In this document: in pieces, positions 11,440 to 24,405 of the stretch
How positions within the stretch are numbered: the first letter of the stretch is position 1
How the letters are laid out: each line of letters begins with the position of its first letter
NCBI GenBank assembly: GCA_054600435.1
Contig: BAAIJX010000025.1
Location: 1-64,000, forward strand
DNA from: Neophaeotheca triangularis
Taxonomy: Eukaryota
Length of the DNA stretch: 64,000 nucleotides
Direction: 5' to 3'
The notes under the pieces: generated by a model
The model's database searches: none
Told to the model about the DNA's origin: nothing
What the model saw: only the letters and a program-made list of their open reading frames with translations
Translations under genes and position numbers: made by a program

Positions 11440-11745
11440 GCACAAGAAGACTGTACGGGATAGCAGAATACGATTCAGGCCGGGAAGCGCAACGAGGCTG
11501 ACTCCAGCACGTGATGAAATTATTCCAGAGATGGAAACAAGAGAGCATGGGCCTACAAGATATTAGCCCGGGGGGCGTCCGCTGTCGTTATGACCCACGG
11601 TAGATTCCTCGGCCGCCTATTCACAGAGCAAGGGATGGCACAAGAATAATATATAGGGCAGCAGAATACACTCCAGGCCGGGAAGCGCAAAGATGCTTGC
11701 TTTGGGACCTGCGGAAACTCTGCCAGGGATGGACACAAGATCTAC
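11440..11745. repeat. Degenerate ~198-bp-period tandem duplication
   Basis: CAGGCCGGGAAGCGCAA at 11476 and 11674; GCAGAATAC at 11463 and 11661; CCAGrGATGGAmACAAGA at 11525 and 11723; all offsets are 198. Confidence 0.75.
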
Positions 11746-11940
11746 ACGGGGCATGATGCCACAGAATCACAGCTCGGACGGCATTCTGGTCTGCTCGTTG
11801 TTGGTCGAGCGCAAAGATGTCTTGTAGCATCTATGTAGGGAAATCTGCGGCGAGAGCTTCTACGTTTGCCCCTTGCCCTATCAATTGAGATGCTATTGAC
11901 AGGGCTCGTTAAATAACCACAGCCCTCGAGCCATGGTGGC

Positions 11941-13436
11941 TCAAGTGTACAGATCCAGCTGTTCCGGAGTCATGTTCGTCACTCGGTACCTCGAGATGTA
12001 ATCGTCACGGTTGACTGCAGGTCGTCAGTCATGTACCATGTCTAATGAACTTATAAAAGGAAGTACTCACTGTAGCCGCCGCACATCCTACGCTTTCCGG
12101 TGAAGGCAGAGCGGCCATGAAGAACACGCCAGTTGTCGAAGACTGCGAGAATTTGTTAGCTTATATGAGGCACACATATAGCGGTCCTGGGCATAGTGCT
12201 ATACTTAGGATTTTGCCCGGCTGCAAGCTGAACCAGTATTGGTTCTTTAAGTCGTTGACGATAGCGTTGAACTTGGCAGCAGCGTCGTACCATTGGTCAA
12301 TCTTTGTCCAATCGTTGGTCAGTTCGGAGCGGTCGGCCGTGTTCCATCTGACCTGGACTACTTGTTGCAGCTCCTTGTCGAAAGAAATTACGGGCACGGG
12401 TGCTGTGGGCTGAATCTTGACATCCTCGTTGCCGCTAGCATGTGCGTAGACGCCGGTCGTAAGCAGTGTCCGGTAGGCCTCCTCGTCCGTCTCATACAGC
12501 TGCTTTGCGGCTTGGAACCCGTCGACAAGGCTGGACTCACCTCCAGATCCCTCGGTGTGGGAGAGCATGTGGAGTGCTTGCAGGCCAGCAGGCTCGGTGA
12601 AATAGGTGTTGTCCGTGTGAGGTTCCAATGCTTCGCTGGTGTATGCAGTGTCTTTGGAAGACAGGTCAGAGGTGAAGTCGTAGAAGCCGCCGTAATGTGT
12701 ATTTCTGATTGGCCCAATCGCCTCGAGCAGCGTCTGCGTCGCTTCTGGAGTGGGAGGAGAACCGTGGACGAAACAAAAGCCGTGCGTCCGTATCTTTGAC
12801 AAAAGATCTCCAAGCCTTGTGTTGCCTTCCAGGGTGTCGTAATGTACGGCCGGAGGGTCATCAGCAATCCTAGACGTCCAGGTCACCGGACTCACAGTGC
12901 CCGTTCGGCTCCAGCGATCGAGTCTTCGGTTTCTGTTGGCGATGGCACTGGCGGAGAATGTGCTACGATGGCCATCGCCGAAGATGACATTATAATTGCT
13001 GTGCTCGTCTCGACTGCATTCTTTGATTGCTCCGAGTCTGGCGTCACTCAGAACATTGATCTGACGCTGACCAGTCTGGGGGTTGCGGCATTCTGCGCAA
13101 TAGCAATGATCCCTGAGCCATCTGCCTGAGACAGAGTGCCAGGTACCATTGTTGTCGTCGAGATCAAGAATCTTGTTGCCACGGCATTGGGGACGGGGCT
13201 TTCCCCGTGGATCAGGCAATTCGTCATGTATTGGATGCCGCGTCTGACTGGCACTAATGCTTACTGCACGGGGTGAAGCTCCTGCAAGCAATGGCGACCT
13301 TTGTTGATGGGCGCGGTGGCGGCCGGGGCTGGGCCAAGGTTAGCAGTTGACCGAACAATCCTCGTCACAGGCGCAACCCATACAATAGCGTTATTCTCCT
13401 CGTCAAACCTGAACCCGGTGCCATCTTGACCGCCAT
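11941..13436 (-). CDS. Trimethyllysine dioxygenase / gamma-butyrobetaine hydroxylase family (4 exons)
   Basis: WLRDHCYCAEC zinc site, DTAYT..LEPHTDNTYF, spliced C-terminus IFDNWRVLHGRSAFTGKRRMCGGYINRDDYISR; first exon from ATG 13436 joins ORF 12161-13291 through a GTATGG..CCCAG intron. Confidence 0.9.
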
Positions 13437-13783
13437 CTTCGCGTTAGGGATACTTAGAGTTTAAAGGGTCACGTGGTTGATGTTTGAGAAGGCCGTGTCT
13501 GAAGCCGACATGAGACACGATCGATGCCGTGGCCCTAGCTCAAGAACCTCGGTAAAGTTACGATTCCGCTCTCGCGCCAACCTTTGAGAGTGTTAAGCAA
13601 GGATTATTGTGTCCTTGCTGTACGCCAAGTCCTATCGCAGTCAGACCGCATCGAGCAGTAATCGACAAAAGGCGTGATAGAAGGAAGCGAAAATGTTAGA
13701 ATAAGCAGCTTGATCCAACGATTGCCAAAAGAAGAGCTGTTTGTTGTTCAAGAAGAAAAAAAAAAAAAAGGGTAACATCATGA

Positions 13784-13882
13784 CGACCGAGGCAGGACTC
13801 GAACCTGCAGTCTTTGCCAGACTGGTGATGTCCACACAGGGATAACCGGAAAGCAACGCCTTAGCCATTAGGCCACTCGGCC
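13784..13882 (-). tRNA. tRNA-Arg(CCG) with ~26-nt intron
   Basis: GGCCGAGTGGCCTAATGG...TTGCT-TT-CCG-G[intron]T-GGCAA...GGTTCGAGTCC...CTCGGTCG; long T-run downstream on the minus strand. Confidence 0.92.
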
Positions 13883-14406
13883 AGTTTCGAGAACTGGAGT
13901 CGACGACAAGAGCAGAGCTCCGCCAATGACGTCATTTTGGAGTTATCGAATATAATCACCACAAAGATGTAGTTGGCACTTCGCTTCGTATCAAGTGCCC
14001 TCACGAATCTACGCTGAGAAATCCAAAGAAGTCTTTAATCAAGCGATTGGGACCGTCGATGCTGTGCGGAACTCGGTGATTGCAAGATTTGTGATGATTA
14101 CAAACTTGGTTGATGGCATTTCTATATGTGTTCTAGCGTATCACCGGAGCTATTGCTGCCCAAGGCCTCAAGACGAAAAGGAGGGCGTGAACCCGTTCAT
14201 ATGTAGACCGAGGATCAAGGGGCCCTTGAGGGTCGCGCACACCGCGACTTCATTCTGACGACGTCCGGTTGCGCACTTTAAGCTTTCAGGGCTGACCTTA
14301 GCAGAAGCAGTACGTTCGAATAATTCATAACGTATCTACATCTCTCCAAACCCTTCTCAAAACACCCCTATATCGAATCTCGAAGACTACAGCCACCCTC
14401 CCACAT

Positions 14407-16721
14407 CTATCCTGCCGGACTCGTGCAGCTAAAAGCTTTTATGCTAGCGTCACTGTACGAGTTTTTCATCCCAATAATGGAGCTGTATATTCCAAGCACA
14501 GCCGTCACCACAGCCCCCAAAAAGTAAAAGGTGTTGAAGAGGTTGCCCAGCAATTTCTTGGAATATCCCCGCCAGAAGCGCTTGAAGCTGCCGTCGGCGC
14601 GGTGAAGCTCTCCCGTAGCGGGTACGAAGACGTCCTCGTCGATCATGCTGTCCTTGAGGACGTTGTAGCCGATCATCAAGATTGGTGGGAAAGTGTAGGT
14701 GAATTGAAGAATCATCTGGGCGTCGAGACATGGTTAGCTTCTCAAGGGGTACTGTGGGCATGGCTCTGGGGTTTGTACGTACCGCCGCTCCGACGAAGCT
14801 CCCCAGGTAGGAAATTTGAGGAACAGCCGCCGCGAGCACGAACGCGAGCGCCCAGTAGATCGGCACAAAAGCAATCCAGATGAATTTGCCGCCTCTCTCC
14901 TCTAGCGGCGGGAAGTGGAGGAATTCGCGACCCACGTTAGCGTAAAGCACCTCGTCTCTGTTAGCTTTCACGCCCCTGGTTATCGGAATATCGAATCCGT
15001 ACCTTTATGCCGATGTTTCCGTATAAAGTCGCAGCAATCAAACCCGTGATAAGTGCGAAGACGTTGCCCACCGTCTGCCAAGCATATGGGTTGATGCCCT
15101 GATACGCCGGGTTGAAAGTGCCCTGACCTTGGGCCGAGTACACCACCATGCCGAAGATGATGTAGCAACTGAAGATGAACAAGTCGGCCAGTATCAACCC
15201 TTTCCAGAAGTCTCGTGGACGTCTCATCTCGGCCATGAGCTCGTTGAAGAGCGTGGCACCTTTCATAGGTAAATGTGTATTAGCAGATTGTTTGATTTGG
15301 CGTGGGACTCAAAATTACCTCCATAACTGGAAGATTGTGTATCAGCAGACTGTCTAACTCATAGGATCATTTTGTGACGCTAACCTGTACACGCTCTGCA
15401 TCAAGCCGTTGATCTGGTCGGTAAGCCCCTTGCCGTCGGGAATTTTTGCGGTGTGATAGATCGGCCCTTCTTCTATGCCATATGAGGCCTTGACTGCGTC
15501 CCAGTTTGGCTCCGAAGTGTTGGTAATGACCATACTGGGAAAGGGCTGTCAGCACCTTGGGTCCCCAGTGTTTCCGCAGCTCCGGTGTACATTTACTCAC
15601 GTCATGATAAGGATGAAAACATTCATCCAGACGGCGATGTTTGCAAGGTAACTCAAGCGCTGAAGTGTACGTATCTGACCTAGTAGTGCACCACAGGCCA
15701 AGAAGATGACTTGTGCAACCACAACTGATCGCAAGTTAGTTTGAGTTTAATTGATTCTTGATCTTTGCCGTTTGATTTTCGTCCTCTTTGATGTTCAGCT
15801 TCCCTGGCGTTCATTCAGGGGTAATTACTCACAGCAAAGGAACCCATTGCCGCTCGGACCTTTTGCGAGCTGCGCAAGACCTTGACCCTTGCTAACGATG
15901 AGCAAAGTAACGTTCAAGAAAAATTGCAGGCTTTGCAGAACGTTGACTACGTGACGAGCCCAGCCTCCGAAGATACGGTAGGCCAGGTCACCATAGTTCT
16001 TGACCGGATACTTCTCCGAGTCGAGGCCAAGGAATTGGTTATGCAATTGCAGACCGCTAAAGAAAGCCATAAAGCCGAAAACAGCATACAAGGCAGCTCC
16101 TGGACCGTACCCGAGCTGGCTTAGTGACCACGGCACGGAGAAAGGTCCCAATATGTCTGTGGTGATTAAGTAGAACACGGCACCCCACGTTGCCGTTCTG
16201 GCTGCTCTGGAGGCTGTGTGCCACTCCTCGTCACTGACGGGCGGCGAAGCCGAATTGACACGATTCGCTTCGTCTTTGCCAAAGTTCTCCTTCGAAGACT
16301 GAGCTGGACCGCTGCGATTCTCCTCGTCCCTGCCATACTTCTCCTTCGACGACTTTTGGGAGTCCGCCTCGTCTGCGTTTCGTTCGGGTTCGGATTCGGC
16401 TTCGGGCATCGAAATGATTTGGCCAGTCCGGATAGTGCGATCCTTCTCGGCCTCCCTTCTCCCCTTGAGGTAGCCTATCATGGTCTTCCATACACTGGAG
16501 AGTCCCTTGTCGGCTGGCAAAGTCTTCTCATACTCTCGTTCGATGCTGGCGAAGTAATGATACTCTTCGAAAGAAATTGCTGGGTCGTAAATCTGAGCCG
16601 ACCTATTCTTGCGATAGATGGGCCTTCCTGTATTCTCATCGTAGTGGTAAGATGCGATGGCGTCTGGTTCAGCACTCAGTCGAGGGTCGGCAACGCCTCC
16701 GAGGTTTGCTGGTGTTTCCAT
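14407..16721 (-). CDS. Neutral amino-acid permease (Aa_trans/Mtr-like), multi-exon
   Basis: RTATWGAVFYLITTDILGP, NYGDLAYRIFG, GQIRTLQR, VYSYGGATLF (via 8-nt microexon), MAEMRRPRDFWKG, ILQFTYTFPP. Confidence 0.92.
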
Positions 16722-18426
16722 GCCGTCGAATTCTTGGGCGCACGGGTCTGACAGAAAGCCAAGCAAGTCTTGAGCAAAGCTTGGAACTCTTAGCAGTTAC
16801 TATAAGCTTGGCCGCGCCTGGTCACTGCAGGTGGGAGTGAAACAGAAAAGTAATCACTGGGAGCACTTCAAGTTCAGCCCACAGGTCTGCTGAATATATG
16901 AGGGGGTAAGTAGGGGATTTGGCCTTTGCAACTCCCATTTGTAATGCCACCCACCTTCGGTGCCGGTTGGAAAGTCGGGGTCGCAAATAATAATATTGAG
17001 GACGGATCGCGGCACCACCAGAAGTGCCTCTCTCGCTAAACCCTAACCCAAGCCCGACAGAGCGCCGTGTGGGGTAAAACTCAGAACCAGACAAGATCAT
17101 AATAATAATAATAATGTGGACCATTCGGTTGATCAGACACGGCCATACTACATTTGTGTTTGCGTCCAGCATGGTGCTGGAAACGCTTCACAAGCATCTA
17201 CCATTGCAAATGGCGGTCATGGTCAACGAGGCCCATCAGCTCTGCGATGCGTGGTGGCAGCTCAAAGGGAGCTGGAGTCTTTGATTATGATGAACCTTGA
17301 CATGGCTTTCTAGCTTTGGCAGCAGGTGATGGTGCGGCGCGCCAGGGGTCAGGGACTCGTATAGAGTGGAAGACCTACCTCTTCGGGCTTACTGCCTTGT
17401 TTGCATCGCTCGAGCTGTCCGACATGCGTCAGAGGGTGTAGGGCAATAATGCCCTGCAAGTGCTAGGATATGCTCTCGGCAGAAGGGTTCAGGTGTGAAG
17501 GGTAGACCACGCGTACTTGAGCAGCGGTGTTGGACGGACCGGGTGACCCGACCAAGCGAGGACGTGAACCGCAACTTTGAATTCGCGCCGCGAGCGACCG
17601 GCTGTGAAAGTACCTGGTTCGCCTGAGGGAAGGCGCGGATGAAAGACAAGACAGAGAAGGAAAATGCTGCGAGTTCACGCGTGTCGATTCTACGTGCAAG
17701 CCATTGTATTGTTGGGTGCCTACCGCGTTCTTTGCTAATGGGAGTTTGGGAAGCGACAATAGTAATACCATGGTTCTTCAACAAGCATACTGTCAATGGT
17801 CATAAGGCTTCGGGTTTGGGTTGCAAGAGTGATTTTTCCCGGCACAAAGCACCCTCCACTTGCTGTAATGATTCCCGGAGTGTCGAGCGACGAGGCATGC
17901 GATCTCTCCTACAAAGTCCACAGTGGCACGAAACCTGAATTTGTTCAATACTACTGGTAGACTATGTCAACGGACTCGATTGGACCGACCGCAGTCATGT
18001 CCTGCAAACATTTGTGGTTATCACTAAGCGACTGATCGTAGGCTTGAGGGGCACCATCCAGCCTGATCAAGCTGCTTAGACCAATAGCTGGCGGGTTCAA
18101 CAACCTTATCATGACCGGGAAGCGAAGGGAAATGGCCACAAAGACCGGTGTTGTATTCTCACCCACCAAATGATGTCCTGATAGATTCTTGTAAGAGTTA
18201 CAGTAGGTAGACAGACAGGCACCTAGGTGCGAGGTTGCGATGCCAAGCACCCCGCCGTATGCTACCGCGGTGCGAGACAAGCCAACATCCGAGGTTGTTC
18301 AGGAGCTTCACTTCATTCAACATACATCAAGATGGCCGCGATCAATCTAAACAGCATCATCCTCTTTGGCTCTAGATCTGATACGTATTCCCTATCGGCG
18401 TCAGAAGAATCACTCACTCCTTCAAC

Positions 18427-19463
18427 ATGACGACTACCGCGAATCTTACAGTCCCCAGCCTCTTCAGCTACAAGGACCATGTAGTTCTCGTCACAGGAGG
18501 TGCCACTGGCCTAGGAGAGATGGCAGCTCAGGCCTTTGTGCAGAACGGAGGCAAGGTCATCATTGCTAGTCGCAAGGAGTCCGAGCTCAAGAAGACCAGC
18601 GAGCGCCTCAACAAGCTTGGCCCTGGCTCTTGCGACTACGTTGTGGCCGACCTGAAAGATAAAGCCGGATGCGACGACTTGGTATCGAAAACCAAGGCCA
18701 AGACTGATCGCTTGACCGTCTTGATCAATAACAGCGGTGCTTCGTGGTAAGCTGACACCGTGTGGCATACGAAACTACTTTGCCTTGGGGATCGGGTCTT
18801 ACGCTGTGCCTTTGGAATCACATACAGCTAACAAGCACCAGGGGCGCGCCGTACGAGGACTTCCCAGTGAGTTTTGCACTCTCAGATATCAAACCCTGAG
18901 CCCAACAATCTAACCCAAACCCCAACCATAAGGAAAGCGGCTTCGACAAGCTTTTCAGTTTGAACGTCAAGTCAGTATTTTATACAACCGTCGGACTCGA
19001 AGGGCTGCTGTCCAAGGATGCTACTCCGGATCGTCCGAGCAGTGTGTTGAATGTTGCTAGTATGGCTGGGATCCAGACCACCGATGTCACGGCCAGCGAT
19101 GATGGTGGCCTCTCGGCGCCCGGATCTGGCACCTTCAGCTACGGACCAAGCAAAGCCGCATGCATTCACCTGAGTCGGATCCAAGCGGCCAAGCTTGCAC
19201 CCAAAAACATCAACGTCAACGCCGTCTGTCCTGGCGTTTTCCCAAGCCGCATGACTGCCTTCGGTCTCCGCGAAGCCGGGGAGCACATCGCATCGGGCCA
19301 GCCTACTGGACGCATCGGGAAGCCCAGCGACTTCGCCGGGCTCATTCTTTTCCTCACTGGTACAGCTGGTGCACACATGGTCGGTGGCGTGTTTGAGATT
19401 GACGGAGGGGCTACGCGGACAGGCTTCAGGGGCAAGCCGAAGCCCAAAGAGAGCAAGATGTAG
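18427..19463 (+). CDS. Short-chain dehydrogenase/reductase (RhlG-like), PTS1-like C-terminus SKM
   Basis: TGGATGLG, LINNSG, YGPSKAA; introns 18747-18841 and 18867-18932 flank a 25-nt exon giving WGAPYEDFPESGFDK. Confidence 0.92.
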
Positions 19464-19506
19464 AGATTGTATCGTCGTTTTTACTGTATTGCACAAAGAC
19501 TATCTT

Positions 19507-20013
19507 CTACCAACCCCACGTTCCCGGTCCGCCTTTGACACTGCTTCTCTCGATGTCGCTTGTCATCCATCCGCCATAGAAGTCACCAGGCTGAGCCTCC
19601 ACCTTCTCCCCATCTACATAGCAATCCCAAGGCCCGGCGTAGAAGCTCAAATAGCCATCAATAGGCTTAAAACCCTCGGTCGGTGAATCGTACGACCATA
19701 GCCTGTTCTTGACAAACTCTCCCTTCTTGCTCGGGTTCTCGACGCTGTAATATGTCGCTCTGCCTTTCCATTCGCAGTATGAGTTGTTACCCGTCTTCGA
19801 CAGCGGTACGCTCAACGACGAGGGTGGTAGGTAGTAAGTAGGCGGATGGTGTGTTTCGAGCACCCAGTATCCTTCCTTGGTATCTGCTATGGTGTTTCCG
19901 TCCCATTTGACTTGGAGATGGCGCTTGGTAGGCTCGCATAGTGGTGGGCGAGGGAAGTTGCGCGGGTTGAGCTTGGTCGTGGTTGCCATTGCGCGTGATA
20001 TCACTCGACTCAT
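19507..20013 (-). CDS. DUF427-family protein
   Basis: VLETHHPPTYYLP, SYCEWKGRATYY, WSYDSP, QPGDFYGGW motifs. Confidence 0.88.
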   Translation of the reverse strand: MSRVISRAMATTTKLNPRNFPRPPLCEPTKRHLQVKWDGNTIADTKEGYWVLETHHPPTYYLPPSSLSVPLSKTGNNSYCEWKGRATYYSVENPSKKGEFVKNRLWSYDSPTEGFKPIDGYLSFYAGPWDCYVDGEKVEAQPGDFYGGWMTSDIERSSVKGGPGTWGW

Positions 20014-20366
20014 CGATGAAATCTAGGTACTGTACTTTTCAATTCCGTCGAACGTGTAATCGTAGGAATGACTACCCAGGTAGAGACAATGGTGTCAATC
20101 GTTCTCTAGTCGTCATCGGGCAACGTCCAGTCGTCCACGGGCCCACCTGCAAGATCACGTAAGCAGTCAGTCAATTGACTTCCGAGGTTCGAGACCTTCG
20201 TCGGTAACTGGGCAATCATCGTCCCGAATTTACCACAACGCGAATAGTCTCGTAGTGCTGCAAGAAAGTAGGTACGATCCGCAAATACCGTTCTCATCTC
20301 GATACTCCCTTTCAACTTTTCCCGTTTGTCGTCGCGTTGTGCTGGTACCATAAAGCCCCGGCAGCC

Positions 20367-21494
20367 ATGGGAGAACGCCTCTTCAAGCCCCTGCAACTGG
20401 GCAGACTGACCCTCGACCACCGCATGGTCATGGCACCCCTAACTCGGTTCCGAGCAAACGATGACCATGTCCCCGGCCCGTACTCTGCCCAATACTACGC
20501 GCAAAGAGCCAGCGTCCCAGGAACTCTGATCGTCACGGAAGCCACCTTCATCTCCCCACGAGCAGGCGGTTACAAAAACGTCCCTGGCCTCTGGAACGAG
20601 GAGCAAGTCGCCGCATGGAAGGAGATCACCGACGCCGTCCACGCCAAAGGCAGCTACGTCTACTGTCAGCTCTGGGCTCTCGGACGGGTGGCAATGCCGA
20701 ATGTGCTGGAGAGGACTGGTAACCGTGTGGTTTCCTCGAGCAACACTCCCCTTGACTCCGATCACGCGGAACCGCACGCGCTTTCGGTGGAGGAGATCCA
20801 GGGCTTCGTATCGGACTACGCGAACGCCGCCCGAAATGCCATGAAAGCCGGCTTCGACGGGGTTGAAATCCACGGTGCCAACGGCTATCTCATCGATCAG
20901 TTCTGGCAAGATGTCGTCAACCAGCGCTCGGACGAGTACGGCGGCAGCGTGGAAAAGCGCGCTCGGTTCGGTCTCGAAGTGACAAAGGCTGTTATCGAAG
21001 CCACGGGCGACAGCAAGAAGGTAGCGATTCGTCTGAGCCCTTTTTCCAATTTTCAGGGCATGAAGATGGCTGATCCGCTACCGCAATTCTTGCACATCGT
21101 GTCGGAGCTGAAGGAGCTCGATCTCGCTTACTTACATCTGGTGGAGTCGCGTGTCTCTGGCACGAGTGCGGCTGATGCTGTCTACGGGGCGGCGACCCGC
21201 GAAAATGATTCTCTAGTGGAGCTATGGGGAACGCAGGCGCCGATCATGCTGGCGGGTGGCTTCACACCCGAAAAGGCAAAGAAGGTCCTGGGTGAAATTT
21301 ACACCGAGGAAAATGTTTGCATTGCTTTTGGGAGGGCGTTCATTAGTAACCCCGACCTGCCTTTCAGAATCCGAAACGCAATCGAGCTTCAGCGCTGGGA
21401 CAGGAAGACGTTTTACAAGCGAAAGTCCCCAGATGGATACATAGACTATCCGTTCAGTATGGAGTGGCTGTCGAAGGCAAGTAGCAAGCTATAA
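20367..21494 (+). CDS. Old yellow enzyme (NADH:flavin oxidoreductase), C-terminal SKL
   Basis: HRMVMAPLTRFRA, AGFDGVEIHGANGYLIDQF, RSDEYGGSVEKRARF, FGRAFISNPDLP; ATG at 20367. Confidence 0.95.
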   Translation: MGERLFKPLQLGRLTLDHRMVMAPLTRFRANDDHVPGPYSAQYYAQRASVPGTLIVTEATFISPRAGGYKNVPGLWNEEQVAAWKEITDAVHAKGSYVYCQLWALGRVAMPNVLERTGNRVVSSSNTPLDSDHAEPHALSVEEIQGFVSDYANAARNAMKAGFDGVEIHGANGYLIDQFWQDVVNQRSDEYGGSVEKRARFGLEVTKAVIEATGDSKKVAIRLSPFSNFQGMKMADPLPQFLHIVSELKELDLAYLHLVESRVSGTSAADAVYGAATRENDSLVELWGTQAPIMLAGGFTPEKAKKVLGEIYTEENVCIAFGRAFISNPDLPFRIRNAIELQRWDRKTFYKRKSPDGYIDYPFSMEWLSKASSKL

Positions 21495-21658
21495 ACAACA
21501 AGCAACTGCTTGCTCTTCGCACAGCGCGCGCCTCACACGGATTTCCCTGATCCATCGTATATTCCTCGCCGAGAGATGGTTGCGTAGTGGTCGCCGCTCC
21601 CACAAATTCACAAAAGCAAACCTGCTCCCCTATACATGTTCCCGTATTGACACATAAG

Positions 21659-23391
21659 CTAAGCCTGCCTCTTCCTATTGTTCAGATCCTCCTCGATAGT
21701 CTTGATCATCTCATTGCCCATCTTACTGCCCTCCTTGAACCTGGGCTCAAAGTACTTCTGTATCTTCTCGAACTTCTCCCTGTAGCCGTCCATATTCCCA
21801 AAGCTCACTCTCTCACTCCAATCGCGCGCCGCAAACGTGAACTCCAGGTCGTCTGCGCGGAATGTGTTGTCGTTGATGGCGGTGTCGATACACTCTTCGA
21901 GTAGTGTGGTGTTCCTGTATAGGTTCTCTGCTATGCCGAGCCAGAGACGGAAGAGCTAAACACAGATTAGCGACTGGACGTGTAGAGAAAATTTGTGTAC
22001 TCACAGGTGTTGAGCAGATCATGTGATCGTAGGGCACAATACCCAGCTTCCACCAACAGTCCACCATGGCCAGCAGGCTCAGATGGTTGTTCTTGACTCT
22101 TTCGGCCGGCTTCTCACCCAGACTAAATCGGTCCAGCAGCTCGTCTTTCAATAGCAGATCTCTGTCGTCCTTTTCCTCGTCTCCGAAGACCGCACTCCTG
22201 GCGGCATGTATTCTCTCAGTAAGTTCTTCCCGGTGTCCGCCCAGCATGAGCTTGAAAAGTTCCGTCACGCTCTCAGCGTACTGTCTAATCTGCTTTGCGG
22301 CGCTTGGGTTGAGGATTGCTAGTCCCGCGTAGACGTGCCACTTGTTGCTGTAAATGCGCAAAGTCAAGTTGATCTTCACGTTCTCAATGCCGCCGAGGTA
22401 GCGCGGTATCTCCCATGGAAACTGATTGTTTGCTTGCCAAGCAGATCCCATGCTCAGAAAAGCTGCGTGTGTCACTGCTTGGGTATCCGCCGTGATCCTA
22501 TCGTGAAGAGCTGCGGAGAGTGGGACGTGTGTGCTACCAAAGCACGAGAGGATACGCTCCACCTTGTCGACGGACTGCTGAGAAGCTCGGTGCTTGATGA
22601 TGACCAGAGGCTGGCCTTTTGGGTTCACACCAGGCCCATGGAGAGAGTGACAGGACACGATCTCGACGTCTGAAGGTAAGTGTCGCTCGAAAGCGGCCAT
22701 CTCGGGGGCTTTGCACGAAGTTTGTCCACCAACTATGGCCCCCATCTTGGTGGAAGGCCCAAACGCGGCAACGACGGCATCAATATTCTTGGCCTCGACG
22801 CTATACAAAATGTAGTCACTGGAGCGGGAAACGAAATGTCCGTTGCGTAGAATGGTGATATTTGGCTGCCGATACCTCAGCATGCTATCTAATTACATTG
22901 CTGCGAAGAGGAAGGCCATACTCTGTCCGCAAATTCTTGGGCGAGCTGCTCTTGCTTCTCTGGCATATCGCAAGCATGAACTCTGCGCTACGATGAGTCT
23001 ATGTTCGTATCCTGACTTGAGTATTGGATTAGCTGTTGTGCTCTGCGCAGAAATTGCTCAATCTTAAAAGAACATTGCGGGAATGCGTTTCAGACAAAAA
23101 TAATTAAGGTAGCTGAGATGTTACATCAGTGACGGACCACCGGTCAACAGCACCTGGACGGTAGCTGTTGGTGCCGGCGGACCATACTCGAGCCAAATGC
23201 ACTCAAGTCATCATTGCATTGCAAGCGAGGGGGAGTAGTAAGAGATAGGAAGAGCTTACCGATGAAAAGTCGCCAGCTGGACATGTCCCCCACCACCGCA
23301 GGACTTACTTCCAGCCAGCATCGCTAATCCTTCGGGCATACATCTTGCCCATGTCCCCCATGCCGATAATACCTACTACCGCGTCTCCCAT
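21659..23391 (-). CDS. TYR1: Prephenate dehydrogenase (NADP+), multi-exon
   Basis: Exon 1 VGIIGMGDMGKMYA; GGQTSCKAPE, SCHSLHGP, HDRITADTQAVTHAAFLSMG, NKWHVYAGLA; last exon ends ...NNRKRQA* at 21659. Confidence 0.95.
23082..23220 (-). ncRNA. Box C/D snoRNA, snR13-like, in TYR1 intron 1
   Basis: Box C ATGATGA (23214-23208), box D CTGA (23093-23090), terminal stem AATGC/GCATT; antisense elements GCATTTGGCT and GCTACCTTAA match conserved LSU rRNA TTAAGGTAGCCAAATGC. Confidence 0.88.
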
Positions 23392-23736
23392 AATGAGATA
23401 ATGCGCAAACACAGCGCGCTTGGCCAATGACTGCTGCTCGATAGGAGAAGGAGAGACCAGGCCAAGGGATTCAGAATGTCGACTGGCTGAATGAAGGAAG
23501 CTGCAGCGCAGTCACAAAGAAAAGAGTGCAGATGTTGTTGTAAAGTTTAGGAAGAGTTGAAGTCGCGAAGTTGGAGTTTGTATTTGCTGCGAGCACAGGC
23601 CTTCGGTCGGCGCTTGGCGCTCGTATTCCGCCGACCTCGAACTGGCCCACACATTTCGACGAATTTGCTGCGACGAAAGTTGCACCTTTGACTTCGACTT
23701 CACGACCACACCACCCAGTCGACAACCACCACCAAG

Positions 23737-24405
<669 letters not shown>

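Noticed and set aside
4770..21494. Secondary-metabolite cluster around the NRPS-like gene
   Set aside because: The A-T-R protein is primary-metabolic LYS2, and its neighbours are housekeeping genes with no cluster regulator or backbone enzyme.
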